A stretch of DNA of 64,000 nt from Phoronis australis (lineage: Eukaryota > Animalia > Phoronida). The stretch lies in contig NMRA01000140.1 in NCBI GenBank assembly GCA_002633005.1, positions 1 to 64,000 on the forward strand, given 5' to 3'. The position numbers were made by a program, and so were the translations under genes. This document shows, one piece after another, positions 11,560 through 25,899 of this stretch (position 1 is the first letter of the stretch; every line of letters starts with the position of its first letter). Under the pieces are notes generated by a model. It saw nothing but the letters and a program-made list of their open reading frames with translations. It was not told the DNA's origin and did no database searches.

Positions 11560-13500
11560 ATAGTGGAATAGTACATGAATTACCGAAAGGATCAGATAGA
11601 GATTTGAATTTACCGTCCAACTATAGAGGCATAAGCCTGCTCTCCACCGTGAGCAAAGTGTATTGTAATGTGCTAAACAGGAGATTAACCGAGTTTCTGA
11701 ATGTCGAACACAAACTGAATGAAGAACAAAATGGTTTTCGACAGGGGAGGTCAGGCTTGTCTTGACCACGTGTTTACACTCACGTCTATTGTTAGAAATA
11801 GAATAGCTTGTAATAGACCAACGTTTGCAATATTCGTCGATATGGAACGGGCTTTTGATAATTTAGATAGAAATTTTTTTTTGAAAAAATTAATTGATTT
11901 AGGAGTGGTTGAAAAATTCTATCACTCACTAAAATCGTTGTATGCGCAGACAGAAGCCTGTGTTCAATTAGGTCAGTCAAGTTATACCAACTGGTTTCCA
12001 GTACAAAGAGGGGTCAGGCAGGGGGGTCCATTGTCGCCTACATTGTTTTCAATTTTCATAAATGATTTGATTAATGATTTGAACATTTGTAGCAAGGGTA
12101 TCAATTTTGATGGATGTAATTTATCATTTCTATTGTACGCAGATGACATTGTGATTTTTTCGGGTAATGAAACCTATTTACAGGATTTACTGAACATATT
12201 GAGTAAATGGTGTGCAAGGTGGCAAATTTTTGTAAATTTTTCCAAGACTGATGTGGTTCATTTTCGCAAGAGGAGACATGTAAGAACGAGTTTTGAATTC
12301 ATTTTGTGTGATCGCATTGTGAATTTAAGAGAATGCTATAAGTATCTGGGTGTATCTCTGAAGAGTTTATGGATTTCAGTTTGACAGCTGAGGTACTGAC
12401 AGACTCCGCCTCCAGAGCGTTGGGAGCTCTGGTGAGCAAGTACAAACATATTGGTAACATGGGTTTCAACAGTTACAGTAAATGTTTTGAAATGTCCGTC
12501 GCTTCAATTCTAGAATATGAATCTGGAATTTGGGGATATTCTCAATACTCCAAATGCGAAATGATCAGAGCGAGAGCACTACGTATATTTTTAGGGGTCC
12601 ATAAGTATGCTGCCAATGCAGTACTTTATGGCGACTCGGTTTGGCCAAATTCACACTACAAACAACATGAAAATATGCTAAGGCTCTGGAATCGCTTAGT
12701 TCTAATGGATGAAAGCAGAATTGCAAAAACGTCTTTTTATGGGACCTTAAACCTCGGAACTCCTGTAATTGGTCCAAGTTCAATATTTAAAATTATGGAG
12801 AAGTGCGACTTTTTAGAAAAATTCAGGAACAAGCAAATTGTGTCTCTCGAAAACTTCAAAACTTTCAGGTTCCAGTTAGAAGAGTTAAACTGGTTAAAAA
12901 TAATCACTGAGAAACCAAAACTGTGTTTATGTAGGTCTGTTAAGAATGACTATTGTGTAGAAGAGTATTTACGTCTGCCGGTGTCTCAGAGGTCCGTCAT
13001 AGCTCGATTGAGAGCAGGTATTCTACCATTAGAGGTTGAGGTGAGGCGGTACTTCGGAATTCCTGTGAATGAGCGAATTTGTCATGTTTGTAAAAACGGA
13101 ATTGAAGATGAAGTTCATTTCATTTTTTATTGTGAAGAATATACTCACATTCGACCATGCTTTATACGGAATTCTGCCCTACCTCAAATATTCCAAAATA
13201 ACTTGAAAGGTCTAGCAAAATTCATTCAAGACGCTTTGCAGGTTAGAAGTAATTGTTTGTTTATAAACTAGTATGAAGTGGTCATATTTGAGCTTGTGCA
13301 ATATGTTATGTAATGATTTAATTATTATAAGGTGACTGAGTAATTATTATGAGGTGACTAAGTTGACAAAGGACGTTATTATATTCGAAAATTTCAGTTG
13401 ATCCATTCTTGTTGTTTTATTTACCTATTTATATTCTTCATTTCATGATACAATAGTATCCTTGGGAGGATCTGGATCGCCTTATTTAGTTTCAGATTTA
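11560..13500 (+). mobile_element. 5'-truncated, frameshifted non-LTR retrotransposon (LINE) ORF2: reverse transcriptase plus C-terminal Cys/His motif
   Basis: NYRGISLLSTVSKVY (about 11619), EQNGFR, FVDMERAFD, GVRQGGPLSPTLF, LLYADD, YKYLGV. Frameshift near 12360, then RLRAGILPLEVE...RICHVC...EDEVHF..C, stop at 13271 and an AT-rich tail. Confidence 0.92.
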
Positions 13501-13543
13501 TTTTCTTTGAAATATAAGTAGTGGGTTGAGTTAAATAAATAGA

Positions 13544-13682
13544 AGAAATGTGTGCTGTTGTTTACAGTGAATGGAATAGATAGAAATGTGTGCTGTTGTT
13601 TACAGTGAATGGAATAGATAGAAATGTGTGCTGTTGTTTACAGTGAATGGAATAGATAGAAATGTGTGCTGTTGTTTACAGT
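13544..13682. repeat. 38-bp tandem repeat, about 3.6 copies, ending at an N
   Basis: Unit agaaatgtgtgctgttgtttacagtgaatggaatagat starts at 13544, 13582, 13620 and 13658. True copy number unknown because of the gap at 13683. Confidence 0.9.
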
Positions 13683-13683
13683 N

Positions 13684-13961
13684 AAATTCTCCCAGATTCC
13701 ATTTGGCAGTCCGGGGTGCGAATTGCTGACTAGTATATGCGCAGACTAAGCCTGAGGGGGCTCGGGAGGCGAATGCACAATGCATAGGCCTCGAACAAAC
13801 CCCGTTTACCATTTTTTGTTTTTTTTAATAATAAGGTCCACAAACCCAAAAATTCGAGACCCCTGCATTACAACATTTTAGGCTGAGCGCGCGCATGTAG
13901 CGAAATTCTGGTTATTCCTGTGCCCTGGCCTCCCTAACTCAAAATCCTGGATCCGTTCCTG
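13684..13961 (-). mobile_element. Non-autonomous DNA-transposon-like repeat, same family as 47124-47281
   Basis: Reverse complement caggaacggatccaggattttgagttagggaggccagggc and ggaatctgggagaattt match 47124-47165 and about 47221-47238. Confidence 0.55.
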
Positions 13962-14527
13962 AATAGGTAGCCCGAAAAACTCAAAACTAAGTTTGCAAAC
14001 TTTTGTCATCAAATTCTACCTCCAGCCCGGTTCTCAACTTATAACGAAACATGCTTCTAGTGTTCACATCTGTTAAATTAGATTTCACGCGCAAATGCCC
14101 CAGATAAGCTGGAAAGGTCACAACAGTGCGTCTGACGTCATAAGCAGTGTATCGATTATCAGTGACCGGGTAACCTCCAGTTTTACGTCGTCAGTAATCA
14201 CCCCAAAATTCCCCACATATGTTTTCCCAGCAACGGAAACTAAAAAGTTCGAATAAAAACAAACGGCAGCTTGCATTTATCAAGATTTTCGTACAGGTTT
14301 ACTAGCTCAATTGTTACACGTGCCACGGCAGGCTCACTTCCAAGTACCGCCCATTCTGCAGACGCCGGAACAGCTGAATGAAGCGAACACGTAGCTACTT
14401 TGCTCCCGTAATCGCTCCAATAGCGGATTTGCAGCGACGCCATATTGAAATTAGGTTAATATGGTGCATTGTGGGTGCTGTGGTCAGGATTCCGAAAGCG
14501 GCCATAGTAACAAGCATAGTACGCGGT

Positions 14528-14724
14528 ATGAGCGCGAGGAAAACTTACGGCGGATACACTTGTTGTGTTCCTGGCTGCTTCAAAAACAACAAGAGAGATA
14601 AAAATCTGAGTTTTTATGTGTTCCCTGCAAACCAAGAATTTCGTGAAAATGGATAAGCAACATTAGGAGAGCTGGGAGTAAGGGGATATTTAGCGCATTC
14701 AAACCAACGCGGGGCCATCTAGTA
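14528..14724 (+). pseudogene. Frameshifted, truncated THAP zinc-finger fragment, probably transposon-derived
   Basis: [33 protein letters not shown], then after a frameshift WISNIRR...FKPTRGHLV. Shows the THAP CxxxxC, FP, W and FxP signatures; the final C/H ligands are missing. Confidence 0.7.
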
Positions 14725-17166
14725 GGCAACACGTAGCCCCTCGGTTGGCCATATAGGGGCTACAATACTTCCATTCGCTTTCTGTATTCATTTCGTTACT
14801 TCAGTGTATTTTAAACTGGCCGCGACCGGATTTGGGATACCGATTTCGAGTTTTCACCTTGCCAAAAATACAATCTACACTTATTAAAACTATCATTTAA
14901 AAACGCTTACTTTCATCATTGGTCCTTTCTACTACTATACATATCTTTGATGAAGCTTAGTTGTGAGAATTAAGTTAACTATGGCGAAGTATTACAACTC
15001 CACTTTTTTGGTTGCCGTTAATTTTATCACCGCGTGCGCGATAACCACAAAGCACGTCAACTGCCCAGTGAATCACGCGAGTTAGGCAAAGGTTAGCGCG
15101 AGACTGAGCGAAGCGCGTGACGCTAGCGCGTGACACTTGTAAAATAGCCTGAGAAGGTATCGGGTGAAACTTTAGTGTAAGATGTGTGTCCCTTGGACTT
15201 TTTATTCGTCAATATGCGTAATTTCACGTAACTTGCTCAAAATGGCACCCGGTAACTGAGAGAAACTCGAGCAAACCGCGACAGATTTTCATCGATTTGT
15301 TCAAGTTTTGCTGACTAAATTGTATCCAGAGTTGTGGTATGTGTTAATTATAACTCCGTGTTCCTATACGTATGGTTCATTTTATTTTATTTGCTATATT
15401 TTGAAATGAGTAACTTTTTGTGAGGATGTACTATCGCCCCGGCCTGAATGCCTGCGGCATCCAGGGGGGGCCATCGTGTGTGCAGCGAACATTTTCCTGG
15501 TGGAAAAAAGACTTAAAATTAACGTCTCTAGCCTATCCACGGCGAAAGCTACAAAAGTTAAGCAACCCAAGAACTCTCAACTCATTTTGTCTGTGAAACC
15601 GGAGGAGATTTCGAAATCAACGCCGATAGCCCCAATACTGAACATGACGACAGTCGTGCCCCCGGTCACACGGTCACTGATCATAGCTATGCTGTGTTTA
15701 CAAACGAGAGAGAGGACTTGCTTGGTATTATAAAGCAAAAAAATGAAACATGGTTTTTAGTTTGCNNNNNNNNNNAAATCACTCCAACTGCACACACTAT
15801 CCAGCCCCCTCAAGACAAGCCTGACCACAAGCTATCCCATGAGCCTTCGCGAAGGAAGTAACTCGCACATGCGCAATGCGTAGTTCGTTTGCGCTGCAAA
15901 TCCGCTATTGTATACACCCTAACACAAGCAATATAAAACAAATGGCATTTGTACATTGCTAATCAACTTCTGTATTTATATTTAAATTAAAGTGTTTGCA
16001 ACAATAAGGACAAACCAGTCAAATTAGGAATTCATTTACGTACAAGAAACCAGACGAGTTCGATTGAACAACTAAAAGTGAGAAGTTCTCTTCGATTTTC
16101 GAACTGCCAAAAAAGGATACCTGTTTGGTCCAGGCCTGCTTTTCATACCATAAGAGTGAATATTGATTTAAGGGGGTCTTTGTACCTGTTGACTATGCCT
16201 GTTAGTCACCAGTGGTGCATATCCATGGGTTGAACTGGTCAGGAATAGTGTAAACAAATACACAAACAATGGCCATAGACTATTACAATGCAGAGGCCTT
16301 GTACCAGCACAATGCAATGATTAACAAATATAATTTGAAACTGATTGTTGTATTCACAAGGAGAGGCCATACAATCAATTTGAAATGAGAAAGGGTGTAG
16401 AGTTCACCTTGGTGTAAGTTACAACATATTGCAGCACCTTTCAATTGAATTTGAGATCTCAAGATAGCCATGGATGTAATTCATACCCCCTACACTTGTT
16501 GTGACTAGAAGATAGAAAACAACCAGATGTGTAGGGTTCTCTCCAACTAATGGATGAGGTGGGCCACTACTTAGTAACTGTGCAATCAACTAAGGCCGCT
16601 ACTTAGTAACTGCAAAACTGGATGCTGTGACTTCTGACAAAACACAAATATCCCCTACCAGCAACAAGACCCATGAAGGCTGTTTCAGAAACAAGAAACA
16701 AAAAACACCCATGGAAGATACTCTTTCAGGATCATTTTGCATTTCTAGCATAGGATAAACATAATGGTAAAGAAAATGTGTCAAAATGTCATTTTCCCAA
16801 TTTTAGTTCCTAAAATGCTCGTTAAAACAATTCCGGTTCATCACTCATATTTTATGACGAGCCCAAATATTCCTATTAGGCTAGACATCACCGATATACT
16901 AGGGTATACCTCAACATTTTGAGAATACAGATTTTTGAAGTCTGAAAATACCGGTAAGCCCTTAAATGCAGTCATGGCTAATGTAAAGAAAGTAAAAATT
17001 GATGAGAGTCCATAGAAACTCAGTACAGGTCAAAAGTGAGGAAATGTCTAAATCATAGGACAATGCATATATGTGGTGAACAGTTGAATTATTGACACAC
17101 TTAACATCCTTGACACTCCTGACATCCCATGAGATAAAACTTCCAATTTGGGACAGTGAAACATTC

Positions 17167-17733
17167 ATTATTTTGCTGAAGGTCAGAGCTACTCTCAAAT
17201 TATTTATTTTGCTCATGGTCAGAACTACTCTCAAATTGATTATTTTGCAGAAGATCAGAGCTACTCTCAAATTTATCATTTTGCTGAAGGTCGGAGCTAC
17301 TCCCAAATTAATTATTTTACTGAAGGTCAGAGCTACTCTCAAATCAACTATTTTGCTGGAGGTCAACGCTACTCTCAAATTAATTATTTTGCTGAAGGTC
17401 AGAGCTACTCTCAAATTAATTATTTTGCTGAAGGTCAGAGCAACTCTCAAATTATTTTGCTGGAGGTCAGCGCTACTCTCAAATTAATTATTTTGTTGAA
17501 GGCCAGAGCTACTCTCAAATTAATTATTTTGCTGAAAGTCAGAGCTACTCTCAAATTAATTATTTTGCTGAAGGTCAGAGCTACTCTCAAATTAATTATT
17601 TTGCTGAAGGTCAGAGCTACTCTCAAATTAATTATTTTGCTGAAGGTCAGAGCTACTCCCAAATTAATTATTTTGCTGAAGGTCAGAGCTACTCTCAAAT
17701 TAATTATTTTGCTGAAGGTTAGAGCTACTCTCG
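17167..17733. repeat. 36-bp minisatellite, about 16 copies
   Basis: Unit attattttgctgaaggtcagagctactctcaaatta. Left copies more diverged; one copy near 17450 has a short deletion. Confidence 0.95.
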
Positions 17734-19631
17734 AATTCTAAACATACAGGTACAGTAATATCTGTCCCAAATTCCAAGAATCTCTAGAGAGAGTACTCAA
17801 CAAAGCTTTGGTAACGTAGGAACACTAAAAGCGAAGGTTAAAATTGAAGCTTTGTCGAAGTTATCGGTAGAGGTTGCAGCAACGACATACGATCACAGGA
17901 GACTCGCAAAACGTGTTCTAAATGCAGCATAGCCAATATGCTCTCAATAGACAGACATAAATAAAAAAGAAAGCATATCTGATGAAGAATGACGCTCATC
18001 ATTTTTACAAGCACTCGTAAATGGTAGGAGAGCAATTTTGAATGAAGCCTTGAACCCACTACTCAATATTAGTTTGAGAGTAGGAATGAACTGACACCTG
18101 TTGTCACTGCGATAACTTTGATATCGTTATTAAGTAGGAAAGGTAAGCGAAGTTTCCCCAAAGCTTNCAATTTATTTTTGAGGATAGTTTTCATGCAGCT
18201 AGCCCAAGGCTAAGTGGTTAGGTGGCACTGAATATTTAGGCTGCGGCCGCGGCCAATTTGCACTCCCAAAATATTGAAATTTTGGGGTAGGCCAAGTTAG
18301 GGGGCATTTTGTAGGTGGGCATTGCACGTAGGCTCAGTGAATGTGGTTTGTTTGTATTTGTGAACATGCTGTGAATAAAAAAGGCCACTTTCTTGGCTGT
18401 AGCTGCGCTCTTCTTCAAGATGGCAGTCCCCGGCTGCAATTGTGAATTGTTGGGTAGCAACCGAGAAATTGGCTGTGATTTTAGGTAGCCCTCAAACAAG
18501 CAAGAATTGCCAAAAAACTAGTTGGTTGACAGTACTTTTGGACAGGCCTTTATGCAGCCTAGTCTTGGGCGTCCACATGGACTCCCAAGCACTAATATGG
18601 CCGCCCTGGCAAGGACGCCCAATGTATCATTTGGACGCCCACTGTCAATAGGAACCTTTCAAGTTTGGACACACACATTGTAATGATTACTAGGAAGCCT
18701 CTGAAGGCTCACAGTGAGGGCTCTTTTTTCAAAGCAGGAAGAAATATACAATGTATATACAAAGTATATACAATGTTGCTATGCTCACACTTTGTTGATA
18801 GCATTGTAAAAGTCTTGGTCTACACCAATTTTTAATAAAAAATGCTCACTACAGAAGGCTGTTTTGTAAACTTAGATGTAAAACCTTGGTCTATGCATTT
18901 TTTGTAAAAAAAATCTGTGTGTTTGGAGGGATTGCTGGGGATGGGGGGTTACGCGTCGGAATTATGGACGCCCAGGAATATTGGGAACACCATTTTGGAC
19001 ACCCTATTTTCGAAATCCTGGATAAAGGCCTGCTTTTGGACCACATTTTCGGAATCGGTAGGAAATTTGCTTTCAGACTCTAATGTTGGCTTTAATCGTG
19101 CATCGGCAGGGAAGTGGTGTTTTTTGGGTGAAAATTGCCAATTTTGCATTTTTTACCCTTATTTTTCTTAGTCTAGCTTGGTTTTCAGTGGGAATGAAAT
19201 GGTCAAAAATACAAGAGAGAATAAAGTTTCTGTGCTCATCTGCAGGGCTTTTTATGTGAAATAATTGAAAACATGCCATTCTTTGCATCCTGTTTTTGAC
19301 AGAGTGAAGAAAAGGTGACAAATCAAGTGATGTGTGTTTTGCTGGGCAAAACCCAGTGAGAACTGTTCTGTGCCTCCTTACTAAATGCTGAGCTGACACT
19401 GCCTGAGGTCAAAGTAATACGTTTAAATACAATGCACTTGTCAATAATAATTGACCTAGGCAACATAAAATGATTCACAAGCACAAGCACTTCTAGTTCT
19501 CTAGTTTGTAGTAGATGAACTCACAGCTAGTTTTCCGATGGTCGTCATGTGTGAACCTTNGTTCTGTGCCTCCCATGCATTTACTACGTAAGCCAACACT
19601 ACTAGTGGATCCACCACCCAGTAAGTAAGTA

Positions 19632-19760
19632 CTCTGATTGGTCGATTGAAAGTAAGGCTCTGTTTGGTCAATTGGAGGGAAGGCTCTGATTGGTCAATTG
19701 AATCGAGGTCTCTGATTGGTCGATTTAATCGAGGCCTCTGATTGGCGATTGAATCGACGC
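19632..19760. repeat. About 26-bp tandem array (5 copies) of ctctgattggtcgattgaa(N)7; second array at 21950-22035
   Basis: Direct inspection; most units contain ATTGG (reverse CCAAT). Confidence 0.8.
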
Positions 19761-21949
19761 CATTGTTTTACACCAGTGTACTGAGGTATTTTTGGGGTCT
19801 TATTTATTTTGCAGACATTATTGTAGCATTAATGTTTTCACAAAAGCAATTATTCCTCAAATTTTAATTTTTTGTCAATTCATCACATTTCACAATGCCA
19901 GTCACATTGCTGCATTTCAAAGATTAATTATTTCATTGACTTATAGTTTCATTCACTTGTCGTACTTCAGGACTCCTTTTATTTGTTGCATTTCATGGGT
20001 TTACGTACCACTTCAAATGTTTCTGTATCCATGACATATCATCAATCAATTTTAGTACTTATTATATTTTAGTATTTTATATGTTTTTTATTTTGATGTC
20101 CATTTAATGACACTCTCTTCACACTCCTTCATTTGCCCAATTCACATGACTCCATTTATTCCATGCAATGATTTTGTTAATTCATGAAACATTAGTCCAT
20201 TCTAATTTCACTTTATTCTTTGGGGGTGTTAAGATCTGATTATTGGTGGTGTACACAAATCGTCACGCATTTTCTTGTTCCAGCATGTTATGCAATGGTA
20301 TTTTGAACAATTCAACAAAGAAACACAAGTTGCTTTTGTCACATATTGGAGAAACAACATTAATTGTTAGTGATAAAGTGATAATGATGGATACCATAAT
20401 GTTACAATTTGTGAAAAAGGAACCACCACTAGACGCAGCATAAAATACCTGTAGATCCAACTAAATGCTAGCAGAAAACTTATCCCACCAGAATACAGTG
20501 AATGGTGAGTATTGAGAAAGAAAAAATGCTGCATTGCCCTTAAGCCTCAGGACGGTGAATGAACTTTAGTTTTAGTCAGAGCTGTGTCCGACAGTTACTT
20601 TGAAGAAAACATCAGATAAAGAAGGCTACGGTCTTGATAGCCATGTTTGATCAACATGTTCCCTTGGGTTGAATTTAGAGTTAGCCAGCTAGTCAATTCC
20701 TTGTCCCCTGCTCATTCACCATCCCTACCTTCCCTTTTTCACTTGTGAAACAAATACTCAGATCTATGTATATTTCATGCACTTTCGATTTCACTTTTCT
20801 AATCCTTTGTAGGTAATACTTTTCGTCAAATGTTCATTTCGAAAATTTGGCACTGTTCAAAAAGAATCACAGGTTACTTTTCTCACAAACGAAACAAACA
20901 ATAAATTACTTGTCAGTGTTAACAATGAATATCATATAAGGTTTCCTTTTTATCTCTATGGAAACGGAGATTGTGACACACATATCATTTTCAGGACATA
21001 CTTCGAACACAAAAGCTATTTCACTCATTAAATATATTAATGTGAGATTATGGACCCCTTTCTTCTGCTTTTGGACTGGTCCCTTAATTCCAGTCTTTTT
21101 GCACACGGACGCACTAGGACATTTCTTTACCAGCCTCACCATTGGTTTGTTTCTCTCATGTGCCTCGAGTTTGGTCAGCTCCTCGCTCCTATTATCATGT
21201 GTCTTAGGGTTAACCTTTGTTCTCAGTAACCATATGTTTCCTGTCATTCCTTCGCTTTAGCAGCACTTACGTTTGAGTTTAATCTCTCTTCATTTTTCCT
21301 ACCACCCCCTTTTTGGTGGTTTCTCTTACACAAGTGCTGCGCTCCTTACTGCCCATCTTTTCAGAGATTATTATTTCATGTTTACTTAATATTATTTTAC
21401 ACTCATATTTCTGTGCCGTTATCAGTCAGAATAAATGACCTTTATTTCGCCTATATATAATATCTTTTTTATCTCTGAAAATGGAGCTTGTGACGCACCT
21501 ATCACTTTCGAACCTCGAACATCAGAAATAAATAACTGTAAACTGTTCTTGGCTCACAAGACTACATAAAGTTAATGGTGGGTATTGATTACTGCTTATA
21601 GATTTGTCCATTCAACTCATTTTGGAGGTTCGCGAATTATGGAAATTTACTTGTTATAGATTTTTGGTTTCCAGTAATATCAGCAGATTCCGCATTCGTT
21701 AATTCATCCCCAGCTCTCAGTCAACTGCTCTGATGTGTTCATGTGTTGCTTTTCATGTGAAGGGTTGATTGTAGGTATCTATGCAACGGCAGGCACAGTG
21801 CAGAAGGTTGCGATTCTCCACGATGTTGGACGATCATTGATGGTTGGACAGCCGATACGCGAACAATCGATTGTTAGGCAATAATATGAATATGGTGGAT
21901 GTGCAGATACAAAAGGCAATCCATTATAATTGGGTATTGACCTTTATGT

Positions 21950-22035
21950 GTTGATTGGTCGATTGAATCGAAGCCTCTGATTGGTCGATTGAAAGGAAGG
22001 CTCTGTTTGGTCGATTGAATCGAGACCTCTGATTG
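21950..22035. repeat. Second array of the 26-bp gattggtcgattgaa unit (3-4 copies)
   Basis: Same unit and orientation as 19632-19760; flanked on both sides by attgggtattgacct. Confidence 0.8.
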
Positions 22036-25000
22036 GGTATTGACCTATATGTATTGATGGTCAACGTAGAATGCTTCAGGTGGATGGTAGATGCTGATGA
22101 TGCATGATCCTTCAAGTGACATTCTTCGATCCATAACATCTGATATGCAAATGGCCAATGCAACACTATGAGATGCAGACAAGATGTTCAGAGACAAGAT
22201 AGCAATCCTCAAAGCATTCAGTGGTTGAAATGTACCGCTTGGCGTTGATGAGCACACACTTAGGAAGTGGACGGCAGATAACAGTCGCTGATCCATGGAC
22301 GATCTTCAATGTAATTAGACATAGACAACAGCTGAAGCAGTTGAAGATGGCAACTTTCCACAGACGATCCATGATTGGAAACCAGATAGCAATCAATCCT
22401 TCATGCACAAACAGTTGAGATGTACTGAACAGCACCGGCAGACATAATCACCTTCATATTTTTTCAAACCAAGTATGTATCGATGCCTACCATCAACCTC
22501 ATAGATATCGATCTTTCACAAACACGGAACATCTATGTATTGAAGACTGTCATATTCCTTCTACCTACATATCATGCGTCCATTGCTGCTTGACCTCAAC
22601 TGTACCCATAGCAACTATCCACCCACCTGGACTGTCATTATGTGTACAATATATCAACCATATGCATATGGACCATCTACCCATCTAGACAGGCAATATG
22701 CATACAACGCATACAGACGTCAATGAAGATATGTTTAGAAGGTGGACGGTACATAGCTATCCTCAATGCATGGATGTTGCTAACAATGACACATGACAAT
22801 CGCAAAGCGTGGACGTTCCTCAAGGCATGGACGGTCGATATTCCTCAATATATGGATCCAACAGTTGCATGCAGTTGATGCTGATCCTCGATACGTGTGG
22901 GCCTTCCAGGATGTACAGTTGAAGAACATGCGAACAATTGATGGCAATCTTGAAAGCACCCATCTTTAAACCATCAATATTTGGACTGTGATTCTACATG
23001 TATGGACGTTCCTTGGTGTGCCAGTGGTCCATACGCAAATGGCAAAGACCAATGAGCGAACACCTAGGTAATGGATGGAAGACACAGATTCCAAGATGCC
23101 GGGAAGATTCTCCATATCTGAACTCCATAATTTGTTGCTGACTGAACTTGTTCAGTGAGGTAATTGAAAATCTCAGTTGCTCAGATTTAGTGCTGTGTTG
23201 ACAATGTTGATTGCTAGCTTAAAAATACCATAAGCCTGTAGGTCGTTGGAAAATCAGTTTCTCGACAACCTCTGCATCAGGCTCACTCAAATACGACAGT
23301 TCGTGGTTGGCTTTTTTGCAAAGTTCTTGCCTAGTTATTTTCGTTATCACAAATTGGGCGTGTGGCTCTGTATACGAGGGTGGGACTGATGGCTACACCT
23401 AGTCACTGAAGGGTCTCATAGAGTGGCTTTGTTTTAACAGCAACTCATCCATACTGCAAATTTGAGAAGACATTCGGCAGTACGTGCTTTATCCATAGTT
23501 TTGTCCACGGTCAAGTCAGTTTCAGTCAGTTTCATTTTTATTGCTTCTGGTCCTCTTAAAATGAATGTCTCAATGATATGTCCTTGAATTAGCACAGTAC
23601 CCATCCATAAGAACCTTAAAATGCAAGTTGAAAGTTACTATTACATAGGCTTACTTTTCGAACGTTGTATACTAGATACTCAGTTTATGATTCGATTCCA
23701 AGTGAAGGCTTTTTCGATGTCTTTATTCCACGTCCAAGTTCAATGGGGGTAAATCAGTCACTTTTTCAGCATTGGTTTTTGCATGGTTTTCATTGGTCTC
23801 GAAAAATTCGACTCACACGCAATACCCTCGAAATGGTTGCCAGATCTTGCAAATAGCTCGTTTTGCACGTCAAAATAGACTTGCAAGTTTTAATGGTTTA
23901 TTATACTTCTCTGTAATATGTTAAAATGCATGTAACACTATACTTATGCACACTTGGGCAACCTGAACATCTGAAACAGTTTATAATCCAGACAAAGCAG
24001 CATCTTAAAAACTTGTTATTGATGCCTGAAATGACGTGGCGCGTTCGAATGACATTCAAAATCCTGAAAGAGCCTAAAGTAACATGAAAACTGGGGTTCA
24101 GGATAGACACGCAGTCGTTCAATACAAACTGATATGTACATACTATTCATAGTGGCAACGTTCGCTGTTACTAATTTTCACATTTTGAGGTTCATTTATT
24201 TTTTCGTCTTTAGCTTCATCACACTTACGATGACTTCATTTACGGATTCATTAGTTACGCACCATTTCACCATGTTTTTACACAATGACACCATTTATTC
24301 AGGGTCACTTCCTTGTCGCGACAGAAAGATCTCACACTCATTTTGATTGTTCATCATTATTGCAACTCTTTTATTATCAGTTTATTTATTCGTGGGTTAA
24401 TCTTGCGGTTTCATTTGTAATTCTGGCGGGTTTATTAATTTGTCCCTTGATAATTCATATGTTGATTACCTTTCACAGAATTTCTATTTCCCCAGATTTC
24501 ACTCGTTTTATGACAGTTGTTGGACTCACTTATCCATTGTACTTTGATTTCTAGTTGTTTTTTACCCATCATTTTTTCACTGACATCTTTTCCAAATTCT
24601 TCAGTGCCCATTATCATTTTATTAATTGATCAATATCTTGCACCTTACGCACTCATTAATTTAGTTGGCGTTACAAATTCTTTAACCTGTCGCATTTAGA
24701 GAATTGTCATCAGTCCACTTTCTTTGCTTCCATCGCCTCGAAATTGAAATTTGAAAGAATAATTCCGCTTATTCTTGCCCATTCAATGAGTCTGAATATG
24801 CCCTGGTATTTCCTCAGCTCATTTACTTTTCACATTTATTTTTCATCGCACTCAACCGCTTGACTTAGTTATAGCATTTTACAGATTCATCATTTATGTT
24901 CAATTTGGATCATCAAAGGTTTCTTTGTGTCGCATTCGACAGATTCATTTCTCCCATTTTATTTACCACACTCAACCAGTTTGTTTAGATGTAACAATTT

Positions 25001-25899
25001 ATGGGTTCATGATTTTTCAATTAGTTTTTACATACATACAAGTGTCACCCTCCCATTTCAAAGGTTCATTTTGCTTCGTCGTACCCTATACGGTTTATGA
25101 CATTTTTCGCATCCATAAAAGTCTCTCATTCCATTAGTCCATTTATTTTTCAAATTTTATAATATTTTATAGGTTGATGTCATTAACTCGTATTTTATTG
25201 GCTCATCAATAATTTTAACATTTTTAGGTTCATTTATTTTTTGCATTTAGTTTCGTCACACTCAACAGTTTCAATTAGTCACAACATTTTGTTAGGTTTA
25301 TACCTTATAAGTCTTGTGTCATTAGTCCATTAATTTTTTAGTAAACCAGTTTGTCGTTATTATGTGCAAAAACTAAGAGTAATGACGTGACTAGTTTCTA
25401 TGACTGAAAATGTCAATGGATCGCCAAACATGCGAAGCTACAGAGTGTTGAATTTTAAAATAATATAGGTTTGCATGTCTGCTCTGTTAACAGTCTGTGA
25501 AAGATTATTATATTGTAGACCAGTAGTTTTCAATTCGGTGTTTGGTCAAATGCTATAAAGACAAAATTCACAAACATTGTAGTCTGTATTAGTAATTCTC
25601 CAAAATTGAAGTTACATAACAGTGCGAGGTACAGTGCATTTTCCAACAGGCAACTATAAAATGCTTCTTTAGTTGAGGTACGTTACAGGCACTTACTACA
25701 CAGCGCCTAGACTTATGACACGCTTGTTTTGTATTTGGAGATGTGGCACATTAATACTGTTAATTGAAATATTAATTTAATATACCATGCAAACCTGAAT
25801 ACTTTCGCATTATTTTCCACTACTACATGAACTTCATGTAAACTTTGTTAATGTCTCTCTCACGAGACCATTATAAAAGTGATGTCTGTATAAAATGTA

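Noticed and set aside
13544-13682. 38-bp repeat as a CRISPR array
   Set aside because: Units are head-to-tail with no spacers, the context is eukaryotic, and there are no cas genes.
16962-17741. LRR-like repeat proteins on both strands
   Set aside because: Products of a 36-bp minisatellite; the frame breaks at about 17450 and there is no gene context.
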